Source of the DNA: Octopus vulgaris
Taxonomy: Eukaryota
Length of the DNA: 64,000 bases
Direction: 5' to 3'
NCBI GenBank assembly: GCA_951406725.2
Contig: OX597823.1
Location: 110,546,001 to 110,610,000 of the forward strand
Shown here: positions 14,170 through 28,090 of the stretch, piece by piece
Position numbering within the stretch: the first letter of the stretch is position 1
Layout: each line of letters starts with the position of its first letter
Notes under the pieces: generated by a model
The model's input: the letters and a program-made list of their open reading frames with translations, nothing else
Told to the model about the DNA's origin: nothing
Database searches by the model: none
Program-made: the position numbers and the translations under genes

Positions 14170-14894
14170 TAATGAAAAATAGTAATGGAATAAATGATTA
14201 TCTTATGAACTTCATTAGCTTACAGCTGTTTCCATTGTATGATGCTGTGGACTATAAGTCGAATACTTTACAGATCCATCAGAGCCTCAGACATGAATAT
14301 GAGGTGCCATGATGTGCATGCCTTTACTTAGTTCTCCAGGTTATTTGTATCTCAATGCCTAAGTGAAAGTGTGCTTGTGTTTGTGTTGGTGTGTTTGTAT
14401 GTCTGTGTTTGTGTTTGTGTGTGTGTGTGTGTGTGTGCATATCTGTGTGTCCATCTACCAGATTTTACTCACAAATGTTGGTCAACCTGTGGCAGTAATA
14501 GTGTGAGACATATCTCGAATATTCAGCTCAAATCTAGTCAAATGGATCTCAGTTCAAAAAGACCTTTAATTAAACAGACTTCTCTCATCAAAGGAACCTC
14601 TGTTTAATAATTACTTTGATCAAACATGCATCTCATCAAAAAGGGCTCAGGTGAAATATGTCTATGCAGTGACTATACTTTTATTCAGACACGAGATATA
14701 GCTGAATAAAATTGTTTTTATTTTTAATGCTGTTGTCTTCAGGGAAGTTAGGAGGATGTTTGAGCTATGCTATAATGGTAATCTGTGAAATCCATTGCTC
14801 CATAATCCCATATTTTTACGTGCATGGAAAATGCAGAATGATAGTCCAGTTGTAGAGCTAAACCAAATAATACTCACCAGGCAAGCATTTATTT

Positions 14895-15013
14895 TTTTCA
14901 GTTTAAAGTGATTTCTTTTGTGCTGTAGACTATTTACCATTTCTGTGGCGCCCCCTCCTTCACTTGATTCCCCAAGCACATGCTTCTTTTGCTTAATGGT
15001 TAATCCAGCACTG
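14895..15013. mobile_element. One end of the hAT non-autonomous family also present at 47028-47454
   Basis: gtttaaagtgatttcttttgtgc...tttaccatttctgtggcgcccc...ttaatccagcactg aligns with 47341-47454. Confidence 0.75.
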
Positions 15014-15032
15014 GTTTAACCGGTGATTAGTG

Positions 15033-15252
15033 TACTCTTTTACTCTTTTACTCTTTTACTTGTTTCAGTCATTTGACTGTGGCCATGCTGGAGCACCGCC
15101 TTTAATCGAGCAACTCGACCCTGGGACTTATTTTTTTGTAAGCCCAGTACTTATTCTATCGGTCTCTTTTGATGAACCACTAAGTAACGGGGACATAAAC
15201 ACACCAGCATCAGTTGTCAAGCAATGTTACGGGGACAAACACAGGCACACAA

Positions 15253-15283
<31 letters not shown>

Positions 15284-15444
15284 CATATGTACGATGGGCT
15301 TCTTTCAGTTTCCATCTACCAAATCCACTCACAAGGCTTTGGTCAGCCCGAGGCTATAGCAGAAGACACTTGCCCAAAGTGCCATGCAGTGGGACTGAAC
15401 CCGGAACCATGTAGTTGGTAAACAAGTTACTTACCACACAGCCA
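15033..15444 (-). mobile_element. SINE family A
   Basis: Near-complete copy with (gagtaaaa)n tail and internal TA/CA microsatellite. Confidence 0.9.
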
Positions 15445-15741
15445 GAGTATTTATAATATTTTATTCTAGTTTAGAAATTTTCTTTTATTTTTAGATAACA
15501 AAGAAACATCCTGATGTTGCAACTATATTTGCATTTATCTGTAATGACTTAGAGAGATGCTGTTGCAAGACTGCTAATGTAATTGTCCAGTGGCATATTG
15601 TAGCTGTGTCCTTTACTTTCTGGATGATTGATCATGTATTGCAAAAGAATAATTGGCTCAATCTTCCTATGGTAACACGCTATGACACCAAAATATCTAA
15701 ATATGGCTACTTCCTCTCATTGTGCAAGCCACGTCTACAAA

Positions 15742-16160
15742 GGTGCAGGAGTGGCTGTATGGTAAGTAGCTTGTTTACCAACAACATGGTTCCAGGTTCA
15801 GTCCCACTGCGTGGCACATTGGACAAGTGTCTCCTACTATAGCCTCGGGCTGACCAAAGCCTTGTGAGTAGATTTGGTAGACGGAAACTGAAAGAAGCCT
15901 GTCGTGTATATGTGTATATATATATGTGTGTGTGTGTGTGTTTGTGTGTCTGTGTTTGTCCCCCAAAATCACTTGACAACCGATGCTGGTGTGTTTGCGT
16001 CCCTGTAACTTAGCAGTTCAGCAAAAGAGACCGATAGAATAACTGCTAGGCTTACAAAGAATAAGTCCTGGGGTCGATTTGCTCGACTAAAGGAGCTGCT
16101 CCAGCATGGTCACAGTCAAATGACTGAAACAATTAAAAGAGTAAATAGAGTAAAGAGTAA
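15742..16160 (+). mobile_element. SINE family A, full length
   Basis: ggtgcaggagtggctgtatggtaag...tgactgaaacaattaaaagagtaa. Confidence 0.9.
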
Positions 16161-16326
16161 ACTGTTATGGCAATTCTCTGACTAAACCATGACCATAAAT
16201 TTTGCAATGATGTATCGGTGTATACTCCATGTTTATAAACACTATAATGGGGTATTATTGTATACACTGTGTCTATAAACTTTGTAATGGTATATCTTTG
16301 TGTATACATTTGAGTATTTAAATACT

Positions 16327-16610
16327 CATCAACATCGTTTAACGTCCGCTTTCCATGCTAGCATGGGTTGGACGATTTTGACTGAGGGCTGGCGAACCAG
16401 ATGGCTGCACCAGGCTCCAATCTTGATGTGGTAGAGTTTCTACATCTGGATGCCCTTCCTAACGCCAACCACTCCGAGAGTGTAGTGGGTGCTTGTTACA
16501 TGCCACCGGCATGGGGGTAAGTCAGGCGGTACCGGCAACGAGCTCGCTTGAATCTTTTTACTCGTGCCACCAGCACAGGTGCCAGTGAAGCGACGTTGGT
16601 AACAATCACA
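16327..16610 (-). mobile_element. SINE family D
   Basis: catcgtttaacgtccgctttccatgctagcatgggttggacg...ggatgcccttcctaacgccaacc. Confidence 0.85.
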
Positions 16611-16805
16611 TCGGTGCAAAGTAAACTGTTTTATAATCTTATGTGTATTTTGTTATGGAGTAAATAGGGATTTATGTTGAACTAGTATAGGGTATTTTGG
16701 GTGTAAAGTATTCCGATATTAATGTTTCTGCTTAATTTTTAGGGTTCCGTTAAACCAGCCACTGAGCAAGTTGATCACTGCATTCTAGTTATGATGAAGA
16801 TACTG

Positions 16806-17018
16806 TTTTACTCTTTTACTTATTTCAGTGAATTGACTGTAGCCATGCTGGAGCACCGCCTTTAGTCGAGCAAATCGACCCCTGGACTTATTCTTTGTGA
16901 ACCTAGTACTTATTCTATGGGTCTCTTTTGCCGAACCACTAAGTTGCGGGGACGTAAACACACCAGCATCGGTTGTCAAGCAATGTTGGAGGGGGGGAAC
17001 AAACATAGACACACAAAC

Positions 17019-17057
<39 letters not shown>

Positions 17058-17711
17058 AAATAGAAAAGAGTTAAAAAACTACAGAAGGCTTGTTTTATAA
17101 GGTTAAAGAATATATTTAAGTCGTTATTTTAGAAAAATGTTATAAAATTTTGTGTATAATAACATAGATTTTGGAGAAATAACCGGTTTCAGGTAAACTT
17201 TTCAAATTTCTCAAATTTCTTTACCTACATCATGTCATGTCTTCCTTACAAAATTTTATAACATTTTTCTAACATAACGACTTAAATATATTCTTTAACC
17301 TTATAAAACAAACCTTCTGTAGTTTTTTAACTCTTTTCTATTTTATATATATATATATGCATGTGTGTGTGTATATGTTTGTGTGTCTGTGTTTGTTCCC
17401 CCCCTCCAACATTGCTTGACAACCAATGCTGGTGTGTTTACGTCCCCGCAACTTAGTGGTTCGGCAAAAGAGACCCTTTTCTTTTTTTTATACATCCAAC
17501 AACGTGCTTTCACACACCAACTCTATCCCCTGTACATATATATATATATGACGGGCTTCTTTCAGTTTCTGTCTACTAAATCCACTCACAAAGCTTTGGT
17601 CGGTCCGAGGCTATAGTAGAAGACACTTGCCTAAGGTGCCATGCAGTGGAACTGAACCTGGAACCATGTGGTTCGTAAGCAAGCTACTTACCACACAGCC
17701 ACTCCTACGCC
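16806..17711 (-). mobile_element. SINE family A split at its internal (TA)n by a fold-back insertion
   Basis: Tail and middle at 16806-17040, head at 17545-17711, inverted structure in between. Confidence 0.85.
16919..17476. repeat. Long inverted repeat: arms 16919-17153 and 17248-17476, 94-bp spacer
   Basis: Arms are reverse complements with few mismatches. Confidence 0.92.
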
Positions 17712-18405
17712 TATAGATGTCTTATTTTTAAAAATAAAGACGTCTATATCTTGGACTATAATGCCCTCTGCAAATTTTGTTTCTCTTTTATAGATATTTT
17801 ATGACATTGAGCCTTGGAATTAAATATATTTGTCTGTCTAAACACTATAAGACATTTTCACCAATTCTTTATAGACTCTTCCTAAATATTATCCATAAAC
17901 TAAGCTCACAAGGGAGCTTCTTTGCTATTAGTCTGAGAACATGTAAGAAATAGCAGCCAAATCTCCCTCAAGTCACCAAGTCCACCATGTTATAAGAAGT
18001 AAAAACTCGTTTTATTACATTCCTGAATATACTTTGTTTCAGAAAGCAAATGAAACAGTCACAAGTGGGATGAAAGCACATTGATGATAGATTTGGTCAA
18101 TAAAGGTTAATCTAGAGCTAAGCAACTTCCATAGCAACTATTAAAATTATCTGCTTGGATTCAAACTTAGATATCAATCTATTCATTTCTTGACCACTTT
18201 TTGGGGCAAACATGTGAGCACTTCCTGTCACCAACTCTTACCTGATTTATATATGGATATAATAAAGTATTGTTCATTCCACTTGTCTGCAAGATTATAG
18301 AACTAACAAAAGATCAATTAATAAGGAATATCAACATTTCATGTGAAATGCAGATTAAAAAGTTTCAAACTGGTGTGCACACATGTGAAGATACATACAT
18401 ATATA

Positions 18406-18853
18406 TTACTCTTTTACTCTTTTACTCTTTTACTTGTTTCAGTCATTTGACTGCGGCCATGCTGGAACACCGCCTTTAGTCAAGCAAATCGACCCCAGGA
18501 CTTATTCTTTGTAAGCCCAGTACTTATTCTATCGGTCTCTTTTGCCGAACCGCTAAGTGACGGAGACGTAAACACACCAGCATCGGTTGTCAAGCAATGC
18601 TAGGGGGACAAACACAGACACACAAGCATATACACACACAGAAGCATATACACACACACTTATATATATATATATATATATACATATATACGACAGGCTT
18701 CTTTCAGTTTCCGTCTACCAAATCCACTCACAAGGCATTGGTCGGCCCGGGGCTATAGCAGAAGACACTTGCCCAAGATGCCACGCAGTAGGACTGAACC
18801 CGGAACCATGTGGTTGGTTAGCAAGCTACTTACCACACAGCCACTCTTGCGCC
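18406..18853 (-). mobile_element. SINE family A, well-preserved full-length copy
   Basis: CpG-rich, complete from head to tail. Confidence 0.9.
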
Positions 18854-19398
18854 TATATACATATTTGGTCCATATATTTACTGATTTTTGAAGTGCCCAA
18901 CAGTTACATGAGATCTCACAATTACTTTATTAGTGAGTTCAACCAAGCACCAAATACACACACACACGCACAGGGACAGGCAAAATGAAATATAATATAA
19001 ATGAATGTGCTTGTATCAAAAATACAGATACAAGATTTTGTGTGTGCATATATGTACATATCACTATGTTCATATATTGTCATTTATTTTCATGTATGTG
19101 TGCATGACTATATATGTATATATTATATATTATACATTATATATATATGTATGTATCTTCATAAATAACTCTATGAGTATATATGATATATTTATACAAT
19201 AAAGTATGTATATAATAATATATTCATGAATACGTAAAAGTACATGACATTATAAACATATAATGATGTATAAGATTAGTCTTATATTGTATGCATACAT
19301 GCATGCATTCATACACACACATATTGCATTGGTATATGTATATAATATTTGTGTATATGTACGTATGTATGTATATGTACACACACACACACACACAC

Positions 19399-19463
<65 letters not shown>

Positions 19464-19952
19464 TATACATACATATATATATACATATATATATATACAT
19501 ATTCATATATAGATATACGTGCATGCATATTTATTTATAATTCTGAGCATTTTCATCTGAAAATAGCACAGTTAACTTACTTAACAGTTTCGGATTAAGA
19601 AGTAAAGAAATAAAAACAGATTAAGCAAAGTTACTTCCTCTCAAAGTAAATATAACAACAACAACAACAATACACAGAACTGGAACAACAGTAAAAGACA
19701 ACAGAGATAGATAATTCAGAGGAAGGGAAAAAAATTCACTAAAAAGAAATTATCTAATCAATTGTACTTTCACTAATTGTTCTCTGAACACTTTACATTC
19801 AGCTTGTGATTTTTCTAAATACAACGATATTTGATTAATTAGTTTTGTCACCAATTTAATAACAGATTGAACATTCAACATATCTCCCTCATATTCACCC
19901 AATTTTTATGTTTTCTTCTATCAATGTTGTTATATTCTTAAGTATTTTACAT

Positions 19953-20008
<56 letters not shown>

Positions 20009-20165
20009 CCCATAATATTCTGCTTTCATTATTGAATTTTGTATTTTTGTAGTATTTTTACTCCTTGGTAATTTTGTTTGGTAGGGGTAATGCTGTCATT
20101 TTTATTTATATATAATTCAGTAATTTTTCAAGAATATGAAATATTTTTGGCAAGATTCCTGAGTC

Positions 20166-20199
<34 letters not shown>

Positions 20200-20248
20200 T
20201 GTGCATATATGTATACAAACATACATACATACATACATATATATATAT

Positions 20249-20303
<55 letters not shown>

Positions 20304-21952
20304 TATAGATATGTGTATGAATGTATATATATGTGTGTGTCTGTATGTATGTGTATATACATAAAATTCATATATGGTTATGTATATATATATGTATATC
20401 TTTTATGTTATATTATATTGTGTGTGTGTTTGTATAAAGTATGTGTAAAATATTGCTGTGTCACATTGTTTATAAATCTCATTGTGATAGACAGAAAGAT
20501 AATTCATATATAAGTGGAACTACAAAAACGAAAAAAAATCCGTTTATTTAATAGCAATTAATATGTCAGTCACATGAGACAAATTGACAGCTACACTGAT
20601 TTAAAATCTCAAATATTCTTTGCGCTATAGTATGTGCACATAGCAACAATATATATGTATATATGCATACTTTCACGTGTATGTATATATCTATATATAA
20701 ATGTATACGTGGGTATACATTTATATGTATATTTGTGAGTATACATAAGTGTACACATATTGCATGAGCGTGCAAATACATACATGCATACACACATGGA
20801 CACATAGTGAAACAACTTGAGACATGTATCATAAAATATATCATACATGTTAGGACATAAACCTATCTGATAACTTGATGTGCAAATACTCATGTACATA
20901 GACCCATACAGAAACTTCATACTCTGAGTATATCAAACGAAATCAAATTGTAACTGTGCTAAATTTATACACATTCGTACACTTATGAGATAAAGTATAG
21001 AGTTGGACTTTTTATGTAATTCATATTTATTCATTTTGGGCATTTGTAAACAATTAGGATTTAATCCAAACGCAGAATAATATATTATTAATCTTTAAAA
21101 ATATGACATGATTGTATTCTTAAAGCCATTTCTAGAAAAGAGCTCAGTAAATATATAAACTGTTGTCAATTTTTGCAGATTAACTGAACTGGATACAATT
21201 TGGTGCATATATCTTAAAATACATATACATTATACATTCCAGGACACATTGTTTTCCATTTTGGCAATTCTGTGTATATATTTGTGTGCGTAAAGACACC
21301 ACATGAACTTCACCACCTCATTACCAATAGAAACAAATTTCATTTGTTTTAAATATAAATATAAACTGGGGGAATAAATGATGTACAGGATCTGGTGTAA
21401 GTAATAAGTAGCAATTTCTGCCAAATTTAAGTTTATTTTCTATGGACGTAGATAAACTATAGCAAAGTGCATCAACAAATTTATAAAGTGTTTTTGATTT
21501 AATAACCTCATTGGTATGCAAGTTAGCTATACTATTACTCAGTGCAGTCTGCTCTACAACACTATGTTTAAGGAATGAAATTGGATACAAAATCTTCTAT
21601 GAATTCAAGACTTGAATTGTTTAAAAGAGAGTTGACTAATAAACTATAGAATGGAATCAAAGACATAATCTAGGATAAATTTACTATTGCTTATATTAAA
21701 TCTACAGTTCGGTGAGTCAACTACTGTACTTTATTTGTTTGACCTGTAGTTTCAGGACTAGCTACACTTCTTCTCCAATGAAACCATACCAAATTAAGAT
21801 GTGTTAAGGCTTTGCTGATATTATCATAAAGGGCAGAATAATTTTATGGATAGAATATGTTTTCGATTTTGTTCCTTTGATAAGCATCTTTGCTTGATTT
21901 ACAGATAAAAATTATAAGTTATGACCTTTTAAGATAGAAATGATGACAAGTG

Positions 21953-22427
21953 CATCATCATCATCATCATCATCGTTTAACATCCGCTTTCCATGCTAGC
22001 ATGGGTTGGAGGATTTTGACTGAGGGCTGGCGAATCAGATGGCTGCACCAGGCTCCAATCTTGATCTGTCAGAGTTTCTACAGCTAGATGCCCTTCCTAA
22101 AGCCAACCACTCCAAGAGTGTAGTGGGTGCTTTTTACGTGCCACCGGCACGGGGGCCAGTCGGGTGGTACTGGCAACGACCTCGCTTGAATCATTTTACA
22201 CATGCCACCGGCACAGGTGCCAGTAAGGTGACGCTGGTAATGATCACACACGAATGGTGCCCTCTGGCAACGATCACACTCGGATGGTGCTCTTGGCACC
22301 CTACTAGCATGGGCACAAGTGCCAGTAAAGCAACACTGGTAACGATCACACTCGAACGGTGCCTTTTATGTGCCACTGGCATGGAAGCCGGTTAGCCACT
22401 CTGTCAACGATCATACTCGTATGGTGC
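21953..22427 (-). mobile_element. SINE family D with internal tandemly repeated subunits
   Basis: (CAT)n then tttaacatccgctttccatgctagc; recurring gccagtaa...ctggtaacgatcacactcg...ggtgc units at 22140-22427. Confidence 0.85.
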
Positions 22428-24350
22428 ATAATAAGGAATATAATTTTCAAAGTTGTCCTAAAACTGTACATCCAATATTATTTAAATAGACTCTATGCTT
22501 TCTCTGAAAAATAATATTCCAGACAAAATACAATTTCAGAAGAAATTATGTTTTAAATTACACAGAGTACCCAACCATTACCATAATGATGTTGTAGAGG
22601 GAACAAAATTCAGAGCAGAATACTCTATAATTAATGAAGAATAATCTAGATTCATATGTATATAATATATTTTTGTCTTAATATTCTATATATGGCTGAA
22701 GTGGGAAGACAAAAAGTAGCTTGAAAGTCATAACATTCCGGCAGAAAATAACATCACTAGGTGAGACAAGCTGACACTGATTTAGCTTTGCTGATTGACA
22801 GATGACAGTATCATTTAGAGAATGAATGGGCTGAGACTATGCGCCTTCATTAGTCAGTTTAAAGTTGAGACAGTGTCACGTGACAACTTGCTGAGGCTGC
22901 CTGCTGGAGCCTAGCAGCAGGTATTTAAAGGAAAAAAATTTGACAAAACAGTCAACTGCCCGCTGACACTCGTTGATGCTACACCAAAGAGGCCAAGGAA
23001 CTGAAGAAAGAAGACAGGCACCCAACACTAGAGCTGAAGGCACCTCCAAAAGGATGGGGCACACCACGTGAAAACGGTAGAGGGGTAGGGGCTGAAACTG
23101 GACGTGGTTCCTCCTGATGATGTTTTGAGCTAACTGGATCCTATAAAGGAGCTGAGCTGTTGTGGTAGCATAGTTGAAATTCCTCAGATACTCAACAGCA
23201 CATCAACCTATTCATGGTTACTATTCTCTAGTAGTTTTGGATGACTTTTGTAGCATGCTGGATGAGATGTGGTAATCAACCTGTCATTCAATTTTCATCC
23301 CTTTCTGAGAGGAAAATGTCATCATATGTGATCCTCCGTGACTCTCTCACAATGCAGCATAGTAGAAAGAAGTGAAAGAAGGGAAAAGAGATTAAAATCA
23401 ACTCTAATACTTGACTAGTAATGCATCTAATGGCCCTAGAAGGATGAAAGGCTAACTCATCTCATCTGAACTTCAACTCAGAATTCAAAGAGCTGCAACA
23501 GTAACCATAATGCATTTGTCTATTGCTCAAAGGATTTTGCTAACCAATCACATATTAAATACCATGTTTGATAAAATTAGATTTACTGAAATTGCCCTTG
23601 CAATTAGTAGCTATAATTTCTCTCCCTAGTGGAGTCCAGGGTCTAAAGACTAGATTCACTTCCTCAACACATTTTTCAGTACTTTAAAAAATTTAAATTA
23701 ATTGATTTTATCAGAGTTATATCACTTGTGTATGGCTTTTAAATTTTAAACACCCCTGAGCGGAAGATTTTTTCTACTACTTGCAGACTTTCAATAAAAC
23801 AGATTCTAATTGATTCACCAAGATGAACCTACTTTCAGTTCTAGCAGTACTATATCAAAGAAGACTAGAATTATTTGGGGCTAAAAAACAAATTGCTGAA
23901 GAGATTGATTATACTTAAACATTTTACTTGAAAATCTCAGTTAAGTTTCATTTGGAATGTAATTTTAAAATATTTTCACAGACCTAATAATTTTGTCAAA
24001 AGCCAATAATTATTTCTAATTTTACTGGTCATCAGCTGAGAAGGGATTCATCTTTTTTGGGAGGATATATGAAAACCACCTTCCATCAATGTATGAATGC
24101 CATAGTCTGCTAACAATGTATTTAGGTAAGTATTTTCTTAATCACCCTGGTATCTAAGCTCATCAATTTGCTATTTACTCCATGAATCTGATATCCCCTT
24201 ATTTTGTTATACAATGCATTAGTCTACACCTGTTTCATCAATCTTCTATCAATTAATTGCATTTTGTCAATTACTTCAATGTGGTATGTATACCCTCAAA
24301 CTGCTAACTTTGCCTTCTGATGGGTACCATTCTTATCATACTCCTATCTA

Positions 24351-24707
24351 TTCTATTGATTAAGTATTCCATCAATCTGATATTTATGCCATCAGTCAGC
24401 TATCTATTCAATCAATCTGCTATCTACTCCCTCAATCCGGTACCGATTCCAGCATTCCCATGTCTCTTACATCAATCATCTGTTCATACTATCAATCTAC
24501 TATCTACTCCATCAATCTGCTTTTGGTTTCATTTCTATTGATTAAATATTCCATCAATCTGATATTTATGCCACCAGTCTATTCAATCAATCTGCTATCT
24601 ACTCCCTCAATCTGGTACTGATTCCATCATTCCCATGTATCTTGCATCAATCATCTGTTTATACTATCAATCTACTATCTACTCCATCAATCTGCTTTTG
24701 GTTTCAT
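24351..24707. repeat. Tandem duplication (182 bp + 175 bp) within a degenerate catcaatctg/ctatctactc minisatellite
   Basis: Both units start ttctattgatta and end ctgcttttggtttcat. Confidence 0.9.
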
Positions 24708-25785
24708 TATTCTCTAACACACCATCGTTCTGTTATATATTCCATCTCTAAACTACTGATTGAACTGAGTCATAGAGAAGTCAAAGTACTCACACATATA
24801 ATCATTGGATAATCAGTAATTGAATTTGAATTTATGACCTAACACATGGTCATTTATGTCCAATATTTTAGCCACTCAACCAGTACTCCTCTCAAAGTCA
24901 CAATTATTATTCAAAAGAAACTATTGTTTCTCTTTTATTTATTTGTATTTTCATTTTTGTTATTATCATTATTATTCGTTACAGTATCATATTTTTTTTC
25001 TTTCTGTTTACAAGAAACTTTTTTTTTATTTTTTATTATTCTTATTACTGATACGCGTGTGTGTGTATGTGTGTGTGTGTGCGTGTGTGAATTCGTTGTC
25101 ATTGTTGTTACTTTGGTACTGTGATTTTCACTTATGTTTAGGTTTTTGGTGAAGAACACACACATAGCAGGGAGGACTGATTTTCTCGGTATTTTATGTT
25201 TGCCGTCCATAATTATACAGTCTGGGTTATTTTATTTTATTTTATTGTATTTATTTATTTATACATTTTTTTTTGTAAAGAAAAGAAAAAATAAACTAGC
25301 ATAAATATCAACATGTTTTATAATTCAAGATTGAGGTTACAACTGAAAGATAAAAAAAAATAGAGCAAAATATAAAAAATATAAAAAAAACATGAAAAAA
25401 TTGTTTGACCACAAAAAAAAATGATTCTTTCATCTTGAAAGTTGGTGTCTTTGATGGAAAACTCAAGCTTTTATAATTCTATAGCAACACCCCTTGAATG
25501 AATAATATTTTATTTCACTTTCAAAGGTGTACTTAACATAGACATACATACCCCCCGCACACACATACACGCATGCATATATATAAACATATGCAAGTGT
25601 GTAGACATAATTGTGTGGTATTTTCTCTTCCACATGCTTTTATATACAATACAAATATACATTTTCCCTGCTTGTTGAGTATACATACACATAAACATAC
25701 ACACTAATGAATGAGTAAATATATTTCTGAATACTTATATATGTGTGTGAGTATGTAAGTATGCATGTTTGTATGTGTGTGTATA

Positions 25786-25869
<84 letters not shown>

Positions 25870-26494
25870 TGTATGTATGTATGTATGTATGTATGTATGT
25901 GTGAATATATGTGTATACTTATACATATATTTTACATATATATATATAGATAGATAGATAGATATAGATATATATACATATATATATACATATATAAATA
26001 CATAATTTATATGCATGTATATAAACATTTATATGTATATCTATAAAAAATGCAAGGGAATAGATGTGTGTACACGATATGGTGATATATTGATATATAC
26101 ACACATACAATTAAGTGTATATACGTGTCTTTGTCATAATGTCTGTGTATTGTATGTACGTCTGCGTGTGTATGAGGTTTGAAAGCATTATCACTCCTGT
26201 TTAAACTTGGTCACAAATATATTCCTAGTTATTGGAGATGTTAACTATTTCTCTATAGTAGCACCACTTCAGACTACAGTTAATGTGTTGTACCAAAGTT
26301 TGACTTAATTTATTCAAATATTGGCATGATAAAATATAAGATAGATGGAATGAAACATTGGATGTGACAGAAAAAAAAGAGAGTAAAAAATGATATGTAT
26401 AACTTTCCTAAATATGTGACTTCTTTGTACCATTACATTTCCAAATAACTGACAAATTAAGGTAATATATTCCACATATATTCTCAGGTATATA

Positions 26495-26711
26495 CAAGGA
26501 TGTGCTGAAAAGTTCTTAGCTTTGGGTAAAAGAAAATACAGGAGGATCAGTTGATTATGATTTTATTCAACATATTCCTCTCTCACATTCACACACTTAT
26601 TGCAGCAGTCCTTCAGTTTTTCTAAACCCTGTAAAAGAATTTGAAAGGTTGGGCCTCCAAACAGGCCTTTTGTGATACCCTTAAAGCCAGGAACTGCTCA
26701 ACACTCCCTCA
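26495..26711 (-). mobile_element. Mariner-derived MITE retaining the transposase C-terminus
   Basis: TIRs caaggatgtgctgaaaagttcttagcttt / aaagccaggaactgctcaacactccctca, TA flanks; minus strand encodes GLEKLKDCCNKCVNVREEYVE*. Confidence 0.8.
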
Positions 26712-26759
26712 TATATTCAGCTGAGATATTTAAGGCATGAATTCTTGGAATATATTCAG

Positions 26760-26818
<59 letters not shown>

Positions 26819-27871
26819 TTCAATTTGAAAACTCCACTAGAATGGATGAAAGCGCTAATATATGATATATGATATATGATGTAAAAACCATGTAATACAC
26901 AAATAAATATCTGTAAATATAAAACCATCCGAATTTCTGAGTATCTTATTTCTTCTAATATAAAATACCTGTACATCATCTCCAAACCTTCTAATATATA
27001 CATATATATATATATACGAGGGACGTTCAATAAGTAATGCTCCTAACACTCCTACTCATCTACCACATTTGATTATTACTTTTCCTTTATCAATACCAAA
27101 GCAGGAAATGCAAAGTAGATCTTGGTTGGATTTGAAATCAGTATGGAGAGATTTGGACCAAATGCCATGAAGTAGTCTGTCCAAAGCTCCAATAAACTCT
27201 GCTAATTCAACTCTGAATCATTAATAACATACTTTCCATATTTTTTAAGTTTTCAGACATTCTTGTAAAATGTTTTAGCTTGTTATGCATTTCAGAACAA
27301 TCAGAACTCACTCAAGCATGCTCTGACTACTGAAATAAGAAAGGAAAGGAAACACTTTGTAGTGTAGTCTTGGATAAACCATTTCTTGCATAAAAGACTG
27401 GATGGTCACAACTGGAATGCATTTGGTCAGCTTAATCTGGGTCAACTTAAACTACACCCAGTACAAAGTTTCTATATGGTTACTCAACTCGTTATATAAA
27501 CACCAGTCAAATCTTTATGAAATCACACTTTTTTGCCTATTGTAATCTGAGATAGACTATGTTTGATGGGATGGTCATGGATGGAATGCTTTTCATCAAT
27601 GGCTTATCCAATCAGGGCTGATCTGGAGGTAAACTACAAGAGCAAAAAGCGAAAATTAGTTATTATGTGTGTAAACAAGAAAACCTCATGAACAGTCACT
27701 TGGAAGGCTAGAAATAGCACTCAGTTACTTCTCAATCATTGCATACAGCATTGTTTCTCTACTAGGGCTCCTTAGAACAGCAAAGTTTCACAAGATGTCA
27801 TTAGTTCCAAGTCATCAAGCTCTGAGTTCAAATTCTGTAAAACCAAGTCAAGTTTGCTTCTCATTCTTTAA

Positions 27872-28090
27872 CCTCTGGTATTCAAACTGACCATATTTGG
27901 CCCAAATATCCTGCCTGTTTTATATTCAAACTACCCAGATCTGGTTTCTCTCACTTACTCTACAATGTCATTCTAAAAATATACAATCACATCATCTAAA
28001 TCTCAAAGCTAAGAGATAAGGCATAATTAATTCAAAACTATGTGAAAAAATTAGCATTATATTTGGCAGAATAATTTGAATACTAAAGGG
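27872..28090. mobile_element. TTAA-flanked (piggyBac-like) MITE
   Basis: TTAA at 27868-27871 and 28091-28094; TIRs cctctggtattcaaa / tttgaatactaaaggg; a diverged inverted copy lies at 35868-36502. Confidence 0.78.

Noticed and set aside
22140-22427. CRISPR-like repeat-spacer pattern
   Set aside because: Degenerate tandem subunits inside a SINE, no unique spacers, no cas genes, eukaryotic context.
27017-27044. Lone mariner-like TIR cgagggacgttcaataagtaatgc after TA
   Set aside because: No partner TIR or internal sequence found; too short to call.
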